A stretch of DNA of 61,546 nt, the filler included, from Sphacelaria rigidula (Eukaryota), in the NCBI GenBank assembly GCA_964200075.2. It is 11 parts of 11 records of this genome, joined end to end, with 100 filler letters (N's around TTAATTAATTAA, not from the genome) between each part and the next. Parts side by side here need not be neighbours in the genome. Positions count along the whole stretch, not along the records: positions 1 to 5,505 come from CAXNAA020026779.1; positions 5,606 to 11,110 come from CAXNAA020026780.1; positions 11,211 to 16,714 come from CAXNAA020026781.1; 8 more parts are not named here. The stretch is one strand, 5' to 3'. The position numbers were made by a program, and so were the translations under genes. The notes under the pieces were generated by a model. The model saw only the letters and a program-made list of their open reading frames with translations. It was not told where the DNA came from and made no database searches. Positions 1 through 12,115 of this stretch are shown here, piece after piece (positions within the stretch are counted from its first letter, which is position 1; every line of letters starts with the position of its first letter).

Positions 1-491
1 GCGTTACCATTGCGCGCGTCGCCTGCTGGCGGTGCGCCCTCACCGCCCCACAGGTGGGGCCGGGGCGGGGGGGGGGGGGGGGGGGGGTATGTTACTAGAC
101 CACCATCCCCACACCCCGAACGCCATACGAACTCCCATAAAACCGATTGCATACTGAATCCTACACAAAGTGAGGCGACGTCGGAGGTGGGGTAGCCCCT
201 CTTGATGTGTGTGTGTGGGGTAATCTACGTACCCCCCTGATACGTGGTGCAGAAGTCTTGTATGAATGAAAAAATGAAAAATCTGAAAGAAATAATGAAA
301 GTGTACAAAAAAATAAAAATATGAAATACTCATAATATAAGAAATAAAGGGAAATAACCAAAGAAAGAACCTAAAGTAAATAAAAACAAGTACTCTATGA
401 AAATGAGTGAATGAATAGGAACAAATAAAAGAAGAGAAGTCAGGGCTGTGAACTGGACCCGTTCATACTGTCGATTAATCTGGAAATGCAG

Positions 492-597
492 TTAACCCTT
501 AGACGGCGAGATTAGCCTTTCTGGATCATGCATACTTTTTTTCACTTGAAATTGATGCCGAATCAACAGAAGACTAACCTCGCGGTCTGAGGGTTGA
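492..597. mobile_element. ~100-bp piggyBac-like MITE
   Basis: Left end TTAA-CCCTTAGACGGCGAGATTAG; right end CTAACCTCGCGGTCTGAGGG-TTGA is its imperfect inverse. CCC...GGG ends beside TTAA are typical of piggyBac. Close copy at 50000-50105. Confidence 0.65.
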
Positions 598-1627
598 ACT
601 GAAACTGAAGACGAGGGTACTCATCGTGATACCTTCCGTTGTCAACGATTTGCACAAGCTTAGACGTGAGTTATGGCTGTTTTTTCTGTAACTCTTGTCC
701 AAGGTTTCCGCAGGGGGTGGTTTTGGTCGGGGATCGTCTCCAACCACAACCACCGTAAAATGAAGCCAGCAGCACACAGGTGCTCCCGATAAGGACGAGT
801 CGTGAGTTTTTCGTACGTGTTTAAGGGAAACGTTAGAGCTCGGAAATGGTACCAGTTATAACTGGCCATCATCATCATGATTGTAATAATGGTGATAGTT
901 ATACGAGACTTTCGCACAATGGTTTCTAACTATCATCTACCGTTACCGACTTTATTAGCTGTTACCGGTTACGTATGCTACATACAGCACAATTCTTTTT
1001 TAACTGTAGTGAAGCCAAATCGCGTATAAACGTGCCTCCGGCACGGCGCCTCCGGCGGGCCCCCCTCTGCCGGGTGGGGCTTTTTGGCTCGCGGCTTCGC
1101 CGCTCGATTAGCAAACCATCATGTACCATTCAACTGGTAATGGTTAGAGAAACCATTTCCGAGCTCGAGGAAACGTGCGTTATACAGGCGAAAGGAAGCG
1201 GACATGAACTGAAGAATATATATATATATATTTCAAGTCTTTGTTGGCCCTCCGGGAGGTACATACAGTAGGTGTGCGGGATTTGAATTTTCGTGCACCC
1301 CTGTGAGAAGCACCTGGGAAGCAGGTTTAGCAACGCGATACAAAAAGGCTGTATCAGCTGTCCACCGCAATGTATTACGATTAATCCTTCGAGCACCGGC
1401 TCTTGTTTCAGTAAACACTTCGGCTTACATTTCAGCGGGGTACGTGCAACGATGCACTGTTTCTTGTACTGAACAAGATCGAACAATGCGCAGTATAGAC
1501 AATGCGGTACACATTGTACTTGTCTGTACGCAGAAGGATGCAACGACGGTTTGGAAAAGGTACAGTACGGTATATAGTACCCCAAGTTCCAAATGGGCAC
1601 GGTCTATGTTGGGATTTTTCTCGCCTG

Positions 1628-2010
1628 TACTCTTCGAAAAAACTTGAACTTGCTACTGTCTGGTAGCGTCGAAAGATTTTGGGTAAAATAAACAAGTCGT
1701 CTTCCCCCCAAGTGCTCAAGTTAGTGCTAGTCGATGTTATCGGGCGATACGAGTAGTTACCCTGATAACCAGGAGGGTGTTATCGACCGTAAAACACAGG
1801 TATTCAACTCTAGTGCAATGGGTAGGTGGACTTAAATAAAACAAGCATTCTTCATTTTTTTGACAAACACGTGAGTCACTCAATACTGGGTACAGAAGAT
1901 TTTCTTTCTTGGAATGTGGAGCGGATACTATAATAGTATCTTCACGTCCCCAACGTGATGAGCGGTGTCAAGCGAAAGGACCTAGACAATCGTTAATTAC
2001 GAAGAAATAA
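1628..2010. repeat. Unclassified interspersed repeat (second copy ~15848-16300)
   Basis: Collinear shared blocks TACTCTTCGA...TAGCGTCGA...TGTTATCGGGCGA...ACCAGGAGGGTGTTAT.GACCGT.AAACACAG...TTCTTGGAATGT.GAGCGGATAC on contigs 1 and 3. Confidence 0.8.
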
Positions 2011-2032
2011 CCAAATTTCCCATTTTTAACTT

Positions 2033-2410
2033 GGGTGTTGTGTGTGTTGTCCCATTTATTCTGGGCACCAGTCTACACCTTTCGGTATTGTATATATGTG
2101 GGCGCATCAGCCAGGGTAACACAGGAGAAAGGTCAACACAGGAGTGTCTTTTTTATTCGTTTTTCATAACCCACCTTCCTTCTGCGGTGTGTTGTTGTTC
2201 TGCGGTGCTTGCCTTAATTATTTTTATCGCGGGAGGGGTTCGGCAGTCCCTCTCACTCGTCGATTGTCAAGTCGAATATTGTGTACCCACGACATAGTCG
2301 CTCTCCACTGTTGGGCATGGTGTGAGAAAATATTCCAGATCGCTCCGGGAATCGAACCCCCTACTCTACGATCATGAGGTCACGAGGTCAACCAACTGAG
2401 CCACAGGGAC
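2033..2410 (-). mobile_element. tRNA-derived SINE, full length
   Basis: Minus-strand head has box A TGGCTCAGTTGG and box B GGTTCGATTCC; body shared with four other copies; ends in GGGACAACACACA (CA-repeat tail). Confidence 0.85.
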
Positions 2411-5400
2411 TACTACTGTAGACAGCACAGACAGTAGTACAGTCAGACCACCTGATACAAAAGATGCAAAACAGTTGTTAGGGATTTGAATATTGTGTAT
2501 ATATCTCTAATTTTCTGCCTGCAGCGGCGCCTACACGCTGAACGGCACCCGGTAGCCCTTGCTTCCACACACACACGCTGTAGTGATGTGCAGCAACCTG
2601 CCGATTGCCGCCCATATGTCCTACAGCAGCCTATCTGAAGCGCTGAACCGTCACTACAAATACTACTGCAGTCTGTAGTTCATCTGCTGCATCGTACGAA
2701 AAGGTAGCACGAACTCACAAAGCAGTCGACCTGAGCGCGAAGGAGATCCCAAGAATATAGAAAAGAGCCACCAGTCTAACCACCAGGTGCATCACGGCAT
2801 CACGGCGCACACTTCACCACCGAATCCACCCTTCGTGTTCTCTGCACGGTCAGTACAGCACCCACATTCAACAGCACAGAATGAGATCATGACATTTTAT
2901 GGTGAACGTAGCTGGATTATGGTCAGATTTGCAGTGGGCTGCCTATTGCTGCATCGTACTGTACGAGCAACATGGGCCGCCTTTTCTCACGTTTCTGTCC
3001 TTCTTCGTCTGTCTCGCTTGCTCGGATGATGTCTCCTTACAAAAAAGCAGTGCTATTCTGTATAAAGCAATCATGTGTTGTAATGATTTAGCTCCATCCG
3101 GTGAGGGCTTACCTTGTTTGGAAGTAGAACCGAGTGGAGGGTCTTCTTTCGCTTGTGGGTTTCGTGTACAACGCACACGGAAGGGTCTACGAGTACAGGA
3201 GCTCCTTACTGAAGGGTACCGGGCAACGTGGCGTTCTTAGTTTTGGCACCTCCACAATGGCAGTTGTTTATTTTGCGTGCGATCTGCGAATTCCGTATTA
3301 GCATGGGCTATTGCTACATGGATAGGGTGACCTAAGCCCCGACGCGTTTCGAGAGCTCCTGACCACTACGCTTGTACAGACGCAAAGCACGCGTCTGCAC
3401 TCGCAGCAATTCACCACTCCAAACGCTTACGGTGCCATGAAGGTCTTCGCCCCTAAAGCTGCACCAACGGCCATCAGTAGAGAGCGTCGTGGCGAGCAGG
3501 GCGGAACGAAAAACGATAGTCCGCGATTTGTCAGCCGCACCGGCATGGATCGCACCCCCCGAGCTCACGGGTGTTGTTGATCTTGTACGTACGGAGGCGT
3601 TCCGCGTGGACAAGAAGAAGGCAAGGCCCAAGAGGCGACGATGGGGGGAAGATTGGCAGGAGCTCATCATCGGGGCCTCTCTTACAACAGAGTGAGCTTC
3701 GTCTTTTGCAAACGACAGGTGGGGACAACAGTGGTATATGGAAATTCAGCGACTCGAAATGGCGCATGGCAGGTGGCACTTGCGCAACTACGGCGATGGC
3801 GACGAGTTAGACCCACTTTTATGGTGAGCACGAATCTCGATGTTTTCAGAATCGGGAGTGGAAAAATCGAAAAATCGGCTCACCTCCCACAGATACGGGT
3901 AACTCAAGGTGCATTAAAATATCTTCGCGCGAAGCGCGTTTATGGCCGAGCGTTTTAAAAATCGACACTGGGTAAAAATCGAGGACCCACCCGGAATCAG
4001 GGAAAGACTTATCGAATGGGACATGTCCTTTATCACTGTGCTGCAGCACAAACACACTAATGCTCTGTCTTGTGTTATGTAGCTGTCGCTGCGCTGTGGT
4101 GTCTTCAGGCCTTTATGGAGACGGTTTGATCTCCGCTGGGAGTGCCTGAATTGCTTTTATATTGTCATTCCGTTTGTCTCTATGAAAAATAACGTTGTCG
4201 GCACGCAGTGCTCTCTACACACCGTTGAAACGTTCATGGTGTGTTGGCTATTTCGTCTCGAGTCAAGGGAATAAGGCGCTCCCCAAACCCATCATTTCTG
4301 TGCTGTAGTTCTCGCTGTGCTGTTGGGCATCTAAACACTCTATGACGATCACGGTGCGATGTGCACTGGAGAGTGCCTGAGCAGGTGTACTGCTGCATGC
4401 TGTGCTTCGGGCTGCACAGAATTGGGATGGGATCAAGGTGCTGCCGAAACAAAGAAAGGTTGAAACAATCGTCACGTGACGGCTGTACAGGTGCCTGTTG
4501 AGTCTTCCCTGGTACTCCAGTTATAGTCGGGTGCTGTGGACGGGAAAGAGACGCCAGGCGGGTGCGTGCAGGTTGGGACAAACAAACTGAGCCAGCACGC
4601 AGCTGCTGTATCCTCGTTTATTGACGGTAGCAGCTGTCTGTGTCGCAGCGGCGCAGTGTGTGGACCAGTCAAAGCTGCTTTTTGGCTTATATTCCATTCG
4701 TTTCTCTCATCTGATTGAAGAAAGGTTGCTGCATTTTGGTGTATTTAAAGACTCTGATTGGTCGAGAAACCTTTCCACTCATAATTCTTGCCCCTATCTG
4801 TGGGCCCAGTGCCAAAAAATCGGGGAACGCATTGTATGTACACGGATTTGGACCAAATCGGGAGCGAAAAAATCGGGGGAAATCGTTCCGAGATCGTGAC
4901 CCCCCGATTTTTTTGAGGTGACGTACGTGCATTGACCTACAATGCTAGAGTACGAGGCGTTTGGTTTTTTGCAACGGCAGCAGAAGACAGTCTCGTGACA
5001 GCACAGGGCGTGCCTACTGCCCGCCGCAGCTGCTGAAGCAACTTCGCACGGGGTTTAACAAGCAAATAATAAGTACTGACGCCGTACCCTGCGACGATGG
5101 TAATATTCTATGCTGCGCTGCGTTGGCATATGTATTACTATAACGAGCGCTACTGTACTCTCCTAGCTGTTGTCGCTGTACCTGAGGGGTCATGTACGGC
5201 ACTGGGCTTCTGAACTCTGCTCGCGCACTGTTTGTTCTCTATTCTCGCAATACCGGCTGTAACATCATGTACTACCACACGGCATTATCATGTACTGTAC
5301 TGATGTAGTGTCCTGCACTGTATTACCCTAGGGTACCAAGGTACGACACTGTACTCGAAGTATTATTCACCGCTTGCCTGCTCTTCGGCTTCATGCACGA

Positions 5401-5505
5401 GTACGCAGTACGACACTCATGGAGAAAATGACCGTCTGTGTGCAGAACCGTGTCACTTATCTGTGATACCGTACTGTTGTCTGTGCCACAAAACGCCCCC
5501 CTCCC

Positions 5506-5605
5506 NNNNNNNNNNNNNNNNNNNNNNNNNNNNNNNNNNNNNNNNNNNNTTAATTAATTAANNNNNNNNNNNNNNNNNNNNNNNNNNNNNNNNNNNNNNN
5601 NNNNN
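5506..5605. other. Artificial contig-joining linker (first of 10)
   Basis: 44 N + TTAATTAATTAA (stops in all six frames) + 44 N. Identical linkers at 11111-11210, 16715-16814, 22319-22418, 27923-28022, 33527-33626, 39131-39230, 44735-44834, 50339-50438, 55943-56042. Contigs of 5505x2 + 5504x9 plus 10x100 sum to 61546. Confidence 0.99.
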
Positions 5606-6079
5606 CATGGTTGCTTCGGATGTTTAAGAGGACCCGAAGCGGCCACCTTCCCCGTCGTGTTCGGATCTTTTCCCCCAATCTTCGGATGAAATGGAGGGCA
5701 AAGTGAAGATTTATTTCGAGCTTTTTCTGATGTTCAAATTCCAAATCTCCGAGTGTGCATGGGATTTGCGCGGCAGAAGAAGCTTTTCGAAATAGATCCT
5801 CTTTTTGCCCAAATAAATTGGGCGAAAAAAGGATCTGTTTGGAACATCTTCTCCTGCTGTCCGAGATAAATGAATTTACAACTTTTGTACCAAAATAATT
5901 TGGGATTTTCCAAATTGGGAAGGCCTCTCCACAGGGTTGCGTGCAGGGTTTCGACAAAAACGCTATGCAAAAGGCTATTTCAGGTACTAGGGTTCGCAAA
6001 TGCTACACAGGAGTTTTCACGAAGACTGTGGAAAACTCTGTGCAGCTCGTCCTACAGGGTGCTATTTGTCCCCGTGTGC

Positions 6080-6590
6080 ATACTCAAGTGATACTCTATA
6101 CTCAAGTATTACTGAGGGTGCGTACTCAATATTGGAGTAGATTATTTGAGGTCGTACTCGACCTATTCGAAATTCGAGTAGAATATCTACGGCCATACTC
6201 AACCTACCCAAAATCTGAGTGGAGTATTTGAGGCCGTACTCGACCTACTCAAACTTTGAGTAGAGTATTGAGGTCATACCCAAGTGATACTCTATACTCA
6301 AGTATTACTGAAGGTGCTTACTTAATTTTTGAGTAGAGTATTGGGGGTCGTACTCGATCTACCCAAATTTTGAGTAGAGTATTTGAGACCGCACTCGACC
6401 TACTCAAACTTTGAGTAGAGTATTTGAGGCCTTACTCGACCCACTCAAACCTTTGAGTAGAGTATTTCAGGCCGTACTCGACCTACTCGAAACTTTGATT
6501 GCAGTATTTGAGGGCATACTTAATCTACTGAAAATTTGAGTAGAGTATTGGCGGTCATACCCAATCTACCCGAAATTTGGGTAGAGTATC
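6080..6590. repeat. Tandem array of ~41-bp units with higher-order duplication
   Basis: Unit approx. GAGTAGAGTATTTGAGGCCGTACTCGACCTACTCAAACTTT recurs at 6217, 6258, 6331, 6372, 6413, 6455, 6497, 6538, 6578. A second block (CAAGTGATACTCTATACTCAAGTATTACTGA) occurs at ~6085 and ~6280. Confidence 0.92.
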
Positions 6591-7364
6591 TTAATTGAAT
6601 ATTTCCGAGCTAAACACTAGTGTATGTGTACGTGGATTCATTCGGGTACATGCGGGGCAGATTGATGGTATCTCATGGATACCGGATATCGTGTGCGGTA
6701 TCGGATATTGTGTTATGACTAGATGCATGACATATGAGGGAACCCACCGTGCAGTCATGCCCTCAGGGTTCATTGTTGTTCCTTTCTGTCTATTCACTGC
6801 ATTTTGGGGTGTGAGAGCAGCTCGGGTGGGGTTTGCACGGTTGATGGTTGGGGAGTGAAGGGTATAGAAGATAAATAATCCAAGAAGTGTTACTACACAT
6901 TACCCTGTCCAGAGCACGTCCTCTGAAAGGCGGTCCCTTGTTTACTTACGCCAGCGGATTTTGCACGGGTCGATTGCATCCAGGTAGCAGGGAAGAAAAC
7001 AGCAGCAGCACTAGCGCGCTTAGCCAATTTCAGAGAGTCACGAAGTGAGCGTTTCGTACAGTTCGAGCAAAAGACAGCAGCAGTAATAGCGCGTTGAGCC
7101 AATTTCAGAGAGTCACGCAGTGTGAGTTTGATACAGTTTAAGCAAGGACATCAGCAGTTTTTGCGCGTCTAGCATTTCAGTGCAGTAAAACACATCGCTG
7201 GAGATTTATGGAAGAGACATCGCACGGCCGAAGTAGGTTTTCCGGCTGACTAACCAAAATGGGAACATACCTGATCCAGAGGTGATTGAATAAACGTTTG
7301 AGCACAGTTCTCGCGTACAGATTGATAACAACAAGCAACAGTGATGGATAATTACAGTCGAGCA

Positions 7365-7921
7365 ATGGCTACCCCGAAGGAAGTACGAAAAAGTTGGCTG
7401 AGAAGTTGCTTCTTATCGAAGTAAAGAAGGCAGAGCTCATTGAGGCAGCAAAACGCGATGCGATTGTAGAGTACGAAAGAGAAAGAAGTATGCATTTAGG
7501 CGCAGGTGCACAGGGTAATCCCACGATGAGTGCAGCAAACCGCGACCAGAAAAGTAACCCAAGAATTTTCCCTGAGTAGAGATACGATAATTACGTGGGA
7601 GGGCAGCGTGCCCAACCAAGCATTGTGAGAGTACGGAAAAGTACAAGTACCCACCCCTGGGACGCTTCTATGAAGGCGGGGGAGAGCATGGAGTCAAAGG
7701 TTTGTGTCTTTCATGTGCGGATGATCGGATATTTTCGTGCCGAGAAATGCTACGATGCTCTTTTTGTGCAGGACTCAATTCGTGTATTTCATGAGACGGA
7801 GGAAGAGTTAGTGAGGCAACACGAGTATGAGGCCGTAGAAAAAGCACAACAAGCTCACGACATATTCCTCGATACAATCACCGCCCCTAGCATGGTCGAG
7901 AATTCGCGATACTTGGTTCCA
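7365..7921 (+). pseudogene. Degenerate LTR-retrotransposon (probably Copia) gag N-terminal remnant
   Basis: Frameshifted peptides MATPKEVRK/LAEKLLLIEVKKAEL... and ...YFRAEKCYDAL...IRV...EEELVRQH...AVEKAQQAHDIFLDTITAPSMVE resemble Copia gag N-termini (pattern recognition only). Cut at 7922 by another element. Confidence 0.4.
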
Positions 7922-8566
7922 CACCCTGGACAATAGACATGATGATGGTCTATTGCTGCACTAATAGCTATGGTAATGATCATATTGATATCCATTGTGG
8001 AGAACAATGACTCCAACGTATATTTGTCCATATTATCCATTGCTGGAAACAATGTACTGGGTGATATTTTCATCGATATATATCTTTACTGGCAATGATG
8101 TGTGAAATATTACACCGATGGGCACTTGTCGGTAACGATAAATTTTGGTTCATGCCACCGATACACATCGTGCATGGAAATGGACAATGAAAAGTTCATG
8201 TCAATACACATGGTTCTTCGCCATAGATTCCGCACATTTCCATCAGTATAAATGGTCTGTGACAATGAATTTTCGAAACGTTCCATCGATATACATGGCC
8301 AACGGCAATAGATTTTTGCATTATTCACCGATAGACCCGGCCGGTAGCGATAGATTTTGGACTTTTCCATCGATATGCATGGTTTATGCCAATAGATTTC
8401 ATGGGGTTCCGTCATTGTACACTGCGGTAGAACATGCGAGAAAATCGGACACGGTAGTCAGTTTCCTTCATGACCCATGCGGACCGGGACTGATTTCAAG
8501 TTGTGGCGATTGATGGCATCGGCAAAGGACCAACATAAATTTATTGTCCATCGCCGTTGCCAGGGA
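7922..8566. mobile_element. Putative non-autonomous DNA transposon with CACCCTGGACAA end, ATCGAT/CCAT-motif rich
   Basis: Starts CACCCTGGACAA, the same terminus as the TIR element at 48879-49022. Interior rich in CCATCGAT-like motifs. Right end uncertain. Confidence 0.4.
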
Positions 8567-8990
8567 CGACAAGCCGTCTAGTTCTACGGAAATTCATCGA
8601 TATTCAGTGTGTGTTAGACTGAAGACACCCGTCGCAGGGGCACTCTTCGTTACAACCTGTTTTTGAACAACCATCACGTTATCAGCACACCATCACTTCA
8701 CTATAGTATGTGTCACCTTGTGTTGTACCCCACCTTTACTCCTTGTCACGGTTCGAAGCTCTCCCCTTTTGCGTGACCAGACCGGTCTCGAGGGATCAAC
8801 CCACTTCCCCCCGTTACACCTTGCATGTTGATCCTGCGTATTGGGTCAGCACTTCCGCCCCACGTCAACTGTCGTCAAACAAACTCAGTCAACTACTCTG
8901 TTTACTCATGTTCTCACGCTTTCCACGGTGAAAATTAATTATTTTGGAGAAGCTCACCGCATCGGAATTCCAACACTCGTCATCAGCACC

Positions 8991-11022
8991 CTAATGGTGA
9001 CCACTGGACCGCCAGGGCGCGACACCCCTAGTTTCCCATTCGAAACAATAATGAACCCTCGCACTGCACGTTTGGATCAGACGAAGTCCAACAAGCTGAT
9101 TCGAAGCCGCTCCGTACTCGTTCTCCCACGAAAAATCTTCCTCCTCCCCCATATCAGTCTCGGGCTCAAGAGAAAAGTTCAACACCTCAACCTCTTCTAG
9201 CACTTTTCTGTCGGTGAACCGACTTGGCACGGCTTTCGATGCCTGCTCATCCGTTAGCTGTGGGATGTCTACAGGGATGTTGTCAAACTGACCCCGCAGA
9301 TACAAGGCCATTTCGAGATTGGCGGGGTCGACGCCACCACGCTTGCGGGGCTGAAACATATCCACGACACAGAAGTCACGCTCCATTACTCCCGCGGAGG
9401 AAGGTGCACCAAACACCGCCTGCGCCAGGGACCGAAGGTGAGGCGAGTGTTGTTTGCCGTGGGCCCGCCAATACTCGACACCGTCCAGTTTCTTTTCCTC
9501 TTGCCCGATCTGTAACCCGGAGCGACAAAAACAAATATGATATTGAACGCATGGCAGTGGCATACGGTTCGCCAGCGACCTCCACTCTAGCGTCCCACGT
9601 TTCTACAACATTCTCATCATGATCACAGCCTGACTTTTGGTATGTAATTGAGCTGCCCGGTACATGCGTCTGTGAAAAAAAAAGACGATGAGTCAATGCG
9701 GTGAAGTGGTGGTGATGTGTGCGTTATGCTACGTTGAAATGCTGGGGGAACAATTCCAATGCTTGGCGTCGCTTTTTTTCTTCATGGAGATGAGTCAAAG
9801 AACGGGAACGTGCGATGCAAAAATAGTGGTACATCGCAACGCACACACCTTGGCGTTTTTCCATGCCTTGATGAGGGCGGCGGTTTCTTCCTTGGGAGTG
9901 GTCTCGGGGGTGCTCGCAGCTTCCCCCTCCTCGTCGCTGCTTGAGTCCATGATGCCCTCCGCCGCGAACTCCTCCCGCCGTGGATCGACAGCGGCGCCGG
10001 TGGCAGTTTTAAACCGCTTCACCACTCGCGGCTCGACGTCCACCACGACGGGAGCCGTCTTCGGCCTGGCCCTGCTCTTAGTGATCGCTCCCGCGAGGAG
10101 ATCCTCCTCCTGGCCAATAATTACTGTCCTCACGTCCTCTACTGGCTTCGTGAAGCCTCCCAGCGTTCCGAAGGTCGAAATCTTCAGCTTATTGAGATAC
10201 TTCAGAGCACGCCCGCCCGGAGTCAAGAACATGGCCATGTCATACCTGTGGCTGTGTGACGAGAGGCCTTTCCTATAACGCGGTGATACAAACCGCCTGG
10301 CCACGCCCCGTGCAAACGCCTCGCGAGTGACTTTCGCGACACTTGTCAAGTCGGCGAAGGGTCGTACCTCCGGTTCCCCGTCCTCTGTACCCTGCCCGAC
10401 TGCCCGCACATGCCTCACCTGGAGTGGTTTTTCCGGGTCCAAGGCGGTGGTGGCGACTAGGACCAGGCGTTGTAGTCCACCCTGCGCGGTTGACTCGTAC
10501 GTAGTTTGTGAATACACAAGAACCCCCTTAACCTGATTGACGATACTGTACACCTCCTCGACCTGAGAACGGAAGATTGTTGTCAGGCGGTTTGAAAACA
10601 GGCGTTCAGTGACGCTCGAACAAGACAACAATCTCGTCATGACTCGATCAAGGAGAGGGGCGGGATGAGGATTTCGCCACCACGGTGGGTGGGGGTGTTC
10701 CAAGAATCACGGGTCACATGGATCACGCTTTGTCGACCTATAGCGGCCAGCGTCCGCGAAGCATTGCAACAGCAACTTCGTATGTGCGCCGCCGATATAC
10801 CAGGCACGGACACACTGATCTTCGGCTCACCTCATCCTTCTTGCCGGTCAAGGGAAAAGGTTTCCCCTTGGTCAAGTAAAATGTCCTCAGGGCGTCCCAT
10901 CTCTCCAGGACACGCAGCAGCATCTGGCAGACGCTTATCCAGCGCTGGGCAACGGCTTGCGACAGCTTTGCCTTGGAGCCCTCTCCTCCCGACATTTCGT
11001 TGATGATATCCTCCAGGGCAAT
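8991..11022 (-). CDS. Spliced hAT-superfamily transposase, 3' part (5' exons lost at contig end)
   Basis: Exons 11022-10831 (64 codons; QRWISVCQMLLRVLERW matches the TRWNS-type motif), 10562-9849 (238 codons) and 9509-8991, with two phase-0 GT-AG introns. Last exon has the hAT dimerisation motif YWRAHGKQHSPHLRSLAQAVFGAPSSAGVMERDFC including the catalytic E. No internal stops. Confidence 0.88.
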
Positions 11023-11319
11023 CTGCTCATAGCAGTGGTTACGCGCAAAGGATTTCCGAGAAAAAATGGAGGAGTCAGCGTCGAGGCAACTTCAGTGATG
11101 AGGTGGTGCANNNNNNNNNNNNNNNNNNNNNNNNNNNNNNNNNNNNNNNNNNNNTTAATTAATTAANNNNNNNNNNNNNNNNNNNNNNNNNNNNNNNNNN
11201 NNNNNNNNNNCTAGTGGCGGTCCCCGTTATATGTACAGTGGCAGTCTGTACATTTGTCTAGGTTTTGGTGGCTTGTTTTACAGCGCCGTTGCCACTCGAC
11301 GCCAACCCAAGAGTCTAGA

Positions 11320-11560
11320 GGTGAGGGGGAGGGGGGCGAGGCGTACTCGTTTCTTGCTTGGCTTAGTCATTTGGTCGTTGACTACGCATCCCTTTCGAGA
11401 CGGACCACCCTTGCTCCTCCTAACAGAGACACCTCCAACATTAGCGTGCTCAACACGCTGTTACATATCTTATCCCCTTCCTGTTTCGCTGTCTGTGGTA
11501 ATCTATTTCCTCATACAGCGATCGTTTTCTCGTCACTATACATTGTACCAAAGTGTTTCA
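11320..11560 (-). mobile_element. 5'-truncated LINE 3' end, oligo(C)-tailed subfamily A
   Basis: Minus strand encodes decayed ...EKTIA...PQTAKQEGDK...PSRKGCVV..QMTK then GAGTACG + C-rich tract. Matches copies at 16638, 40919, 41692, 43861, 44021, 44835. Confidence 0.8.
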
Positions 11561-11596
11561 TGATCCGTTCGCTTCGTTTTCTCATCTCCCTACGAT

Positions 11597-12115
11597 AGGG
11601 GGAGTGTACTCATGATATCGCATTCCGTACTCATAAGACCACTGACCTCACATCCCTGCAAAGCGGCACGAAGCACGCCGGGGTTTCGCCGGACCAGGCT
11701 CGCAATCAATCACCAAGCACGAAGCACCGTGATGTGTTCGGTGGGTTGCACGAAAACTGACCTTCATCCTGCTAAGATTGCTCGGCCCGAAGCATACTGA
11801 TTATCTTGCATATGAATGGTTGCATTCAATGCGTTGCTTCGCTTTCTGGTATCGCCACTTCCAGAGACAGCCAAGAATGACACTGCGTCATAGGTGTCCC
11901 CCTCTTTAGACTCTACGTGGTACGATGTACGATCACCTCCTTTGCGCGGATTTGAGGTGCTTCACCCCGCACAGTATGATCTAGCTCGACCGTCACCACA
12001 ATCACGGCAAAAAGGCGCGAGCGATCACGCAGCGAGTGCCGTGTTTAATGGCGTCGTTGCCAACCGACGCCAGCCCTCGAAGGGGGCAAGAAGGGGGGAG
12101 CGGGGGGGAGGGGTG
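11597..12115 (-). mobile_element. 5'-truncated LINE 3' end, oligo(C)-tailed subfamily B
   Basis: Collinear over ~400 bp with 60699-61180. Minus strand gives VILGCLWKWRYQKAKQ...LQGCEVSGLMSTEC, similar to subfamily A ILGDGWWPQTAKQ...KGCVVNG. Ends GAGTAC + C tract; G-rich tract at the other junction too. Confidence 0.72.

Noticed and set aside
255..440. A-rich blocks (also 28023-28090, 39930-40040, 43250-43360)
   Set aside because: Low complexity; I could not align the flanks into a family.
2335..2410. Functional tRNA genes (also ~30620-30690, 38735-38805, 47055-47130, 55485-55565)
   Set aside because: Box A/B are present but I could not fold a convincing cloverleaf, and they are attached to repeat bodies, so they are treated as SINE heads.
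5550..5561. Regularly spaced TTAATTAATTAA palindrome and ORFs ending in ...XXXLIN
   Set aside because: Artificial linker inside N runs, not biological periodicity.
6080..6590. Possible CRISPR array (also 31364-31484 and 58587-58664)
   Set aside because: Units are contiguous with no unique spacers, there are no cas genes, and the context is eukaryotic.
9580..9669. Extra hAT exon starting THVPGSS after a good acceptor
   Set aside because: No convincing in-phase donor, and direct splicing 9849>9509 gives the expected spacing into the dimerisation motif.
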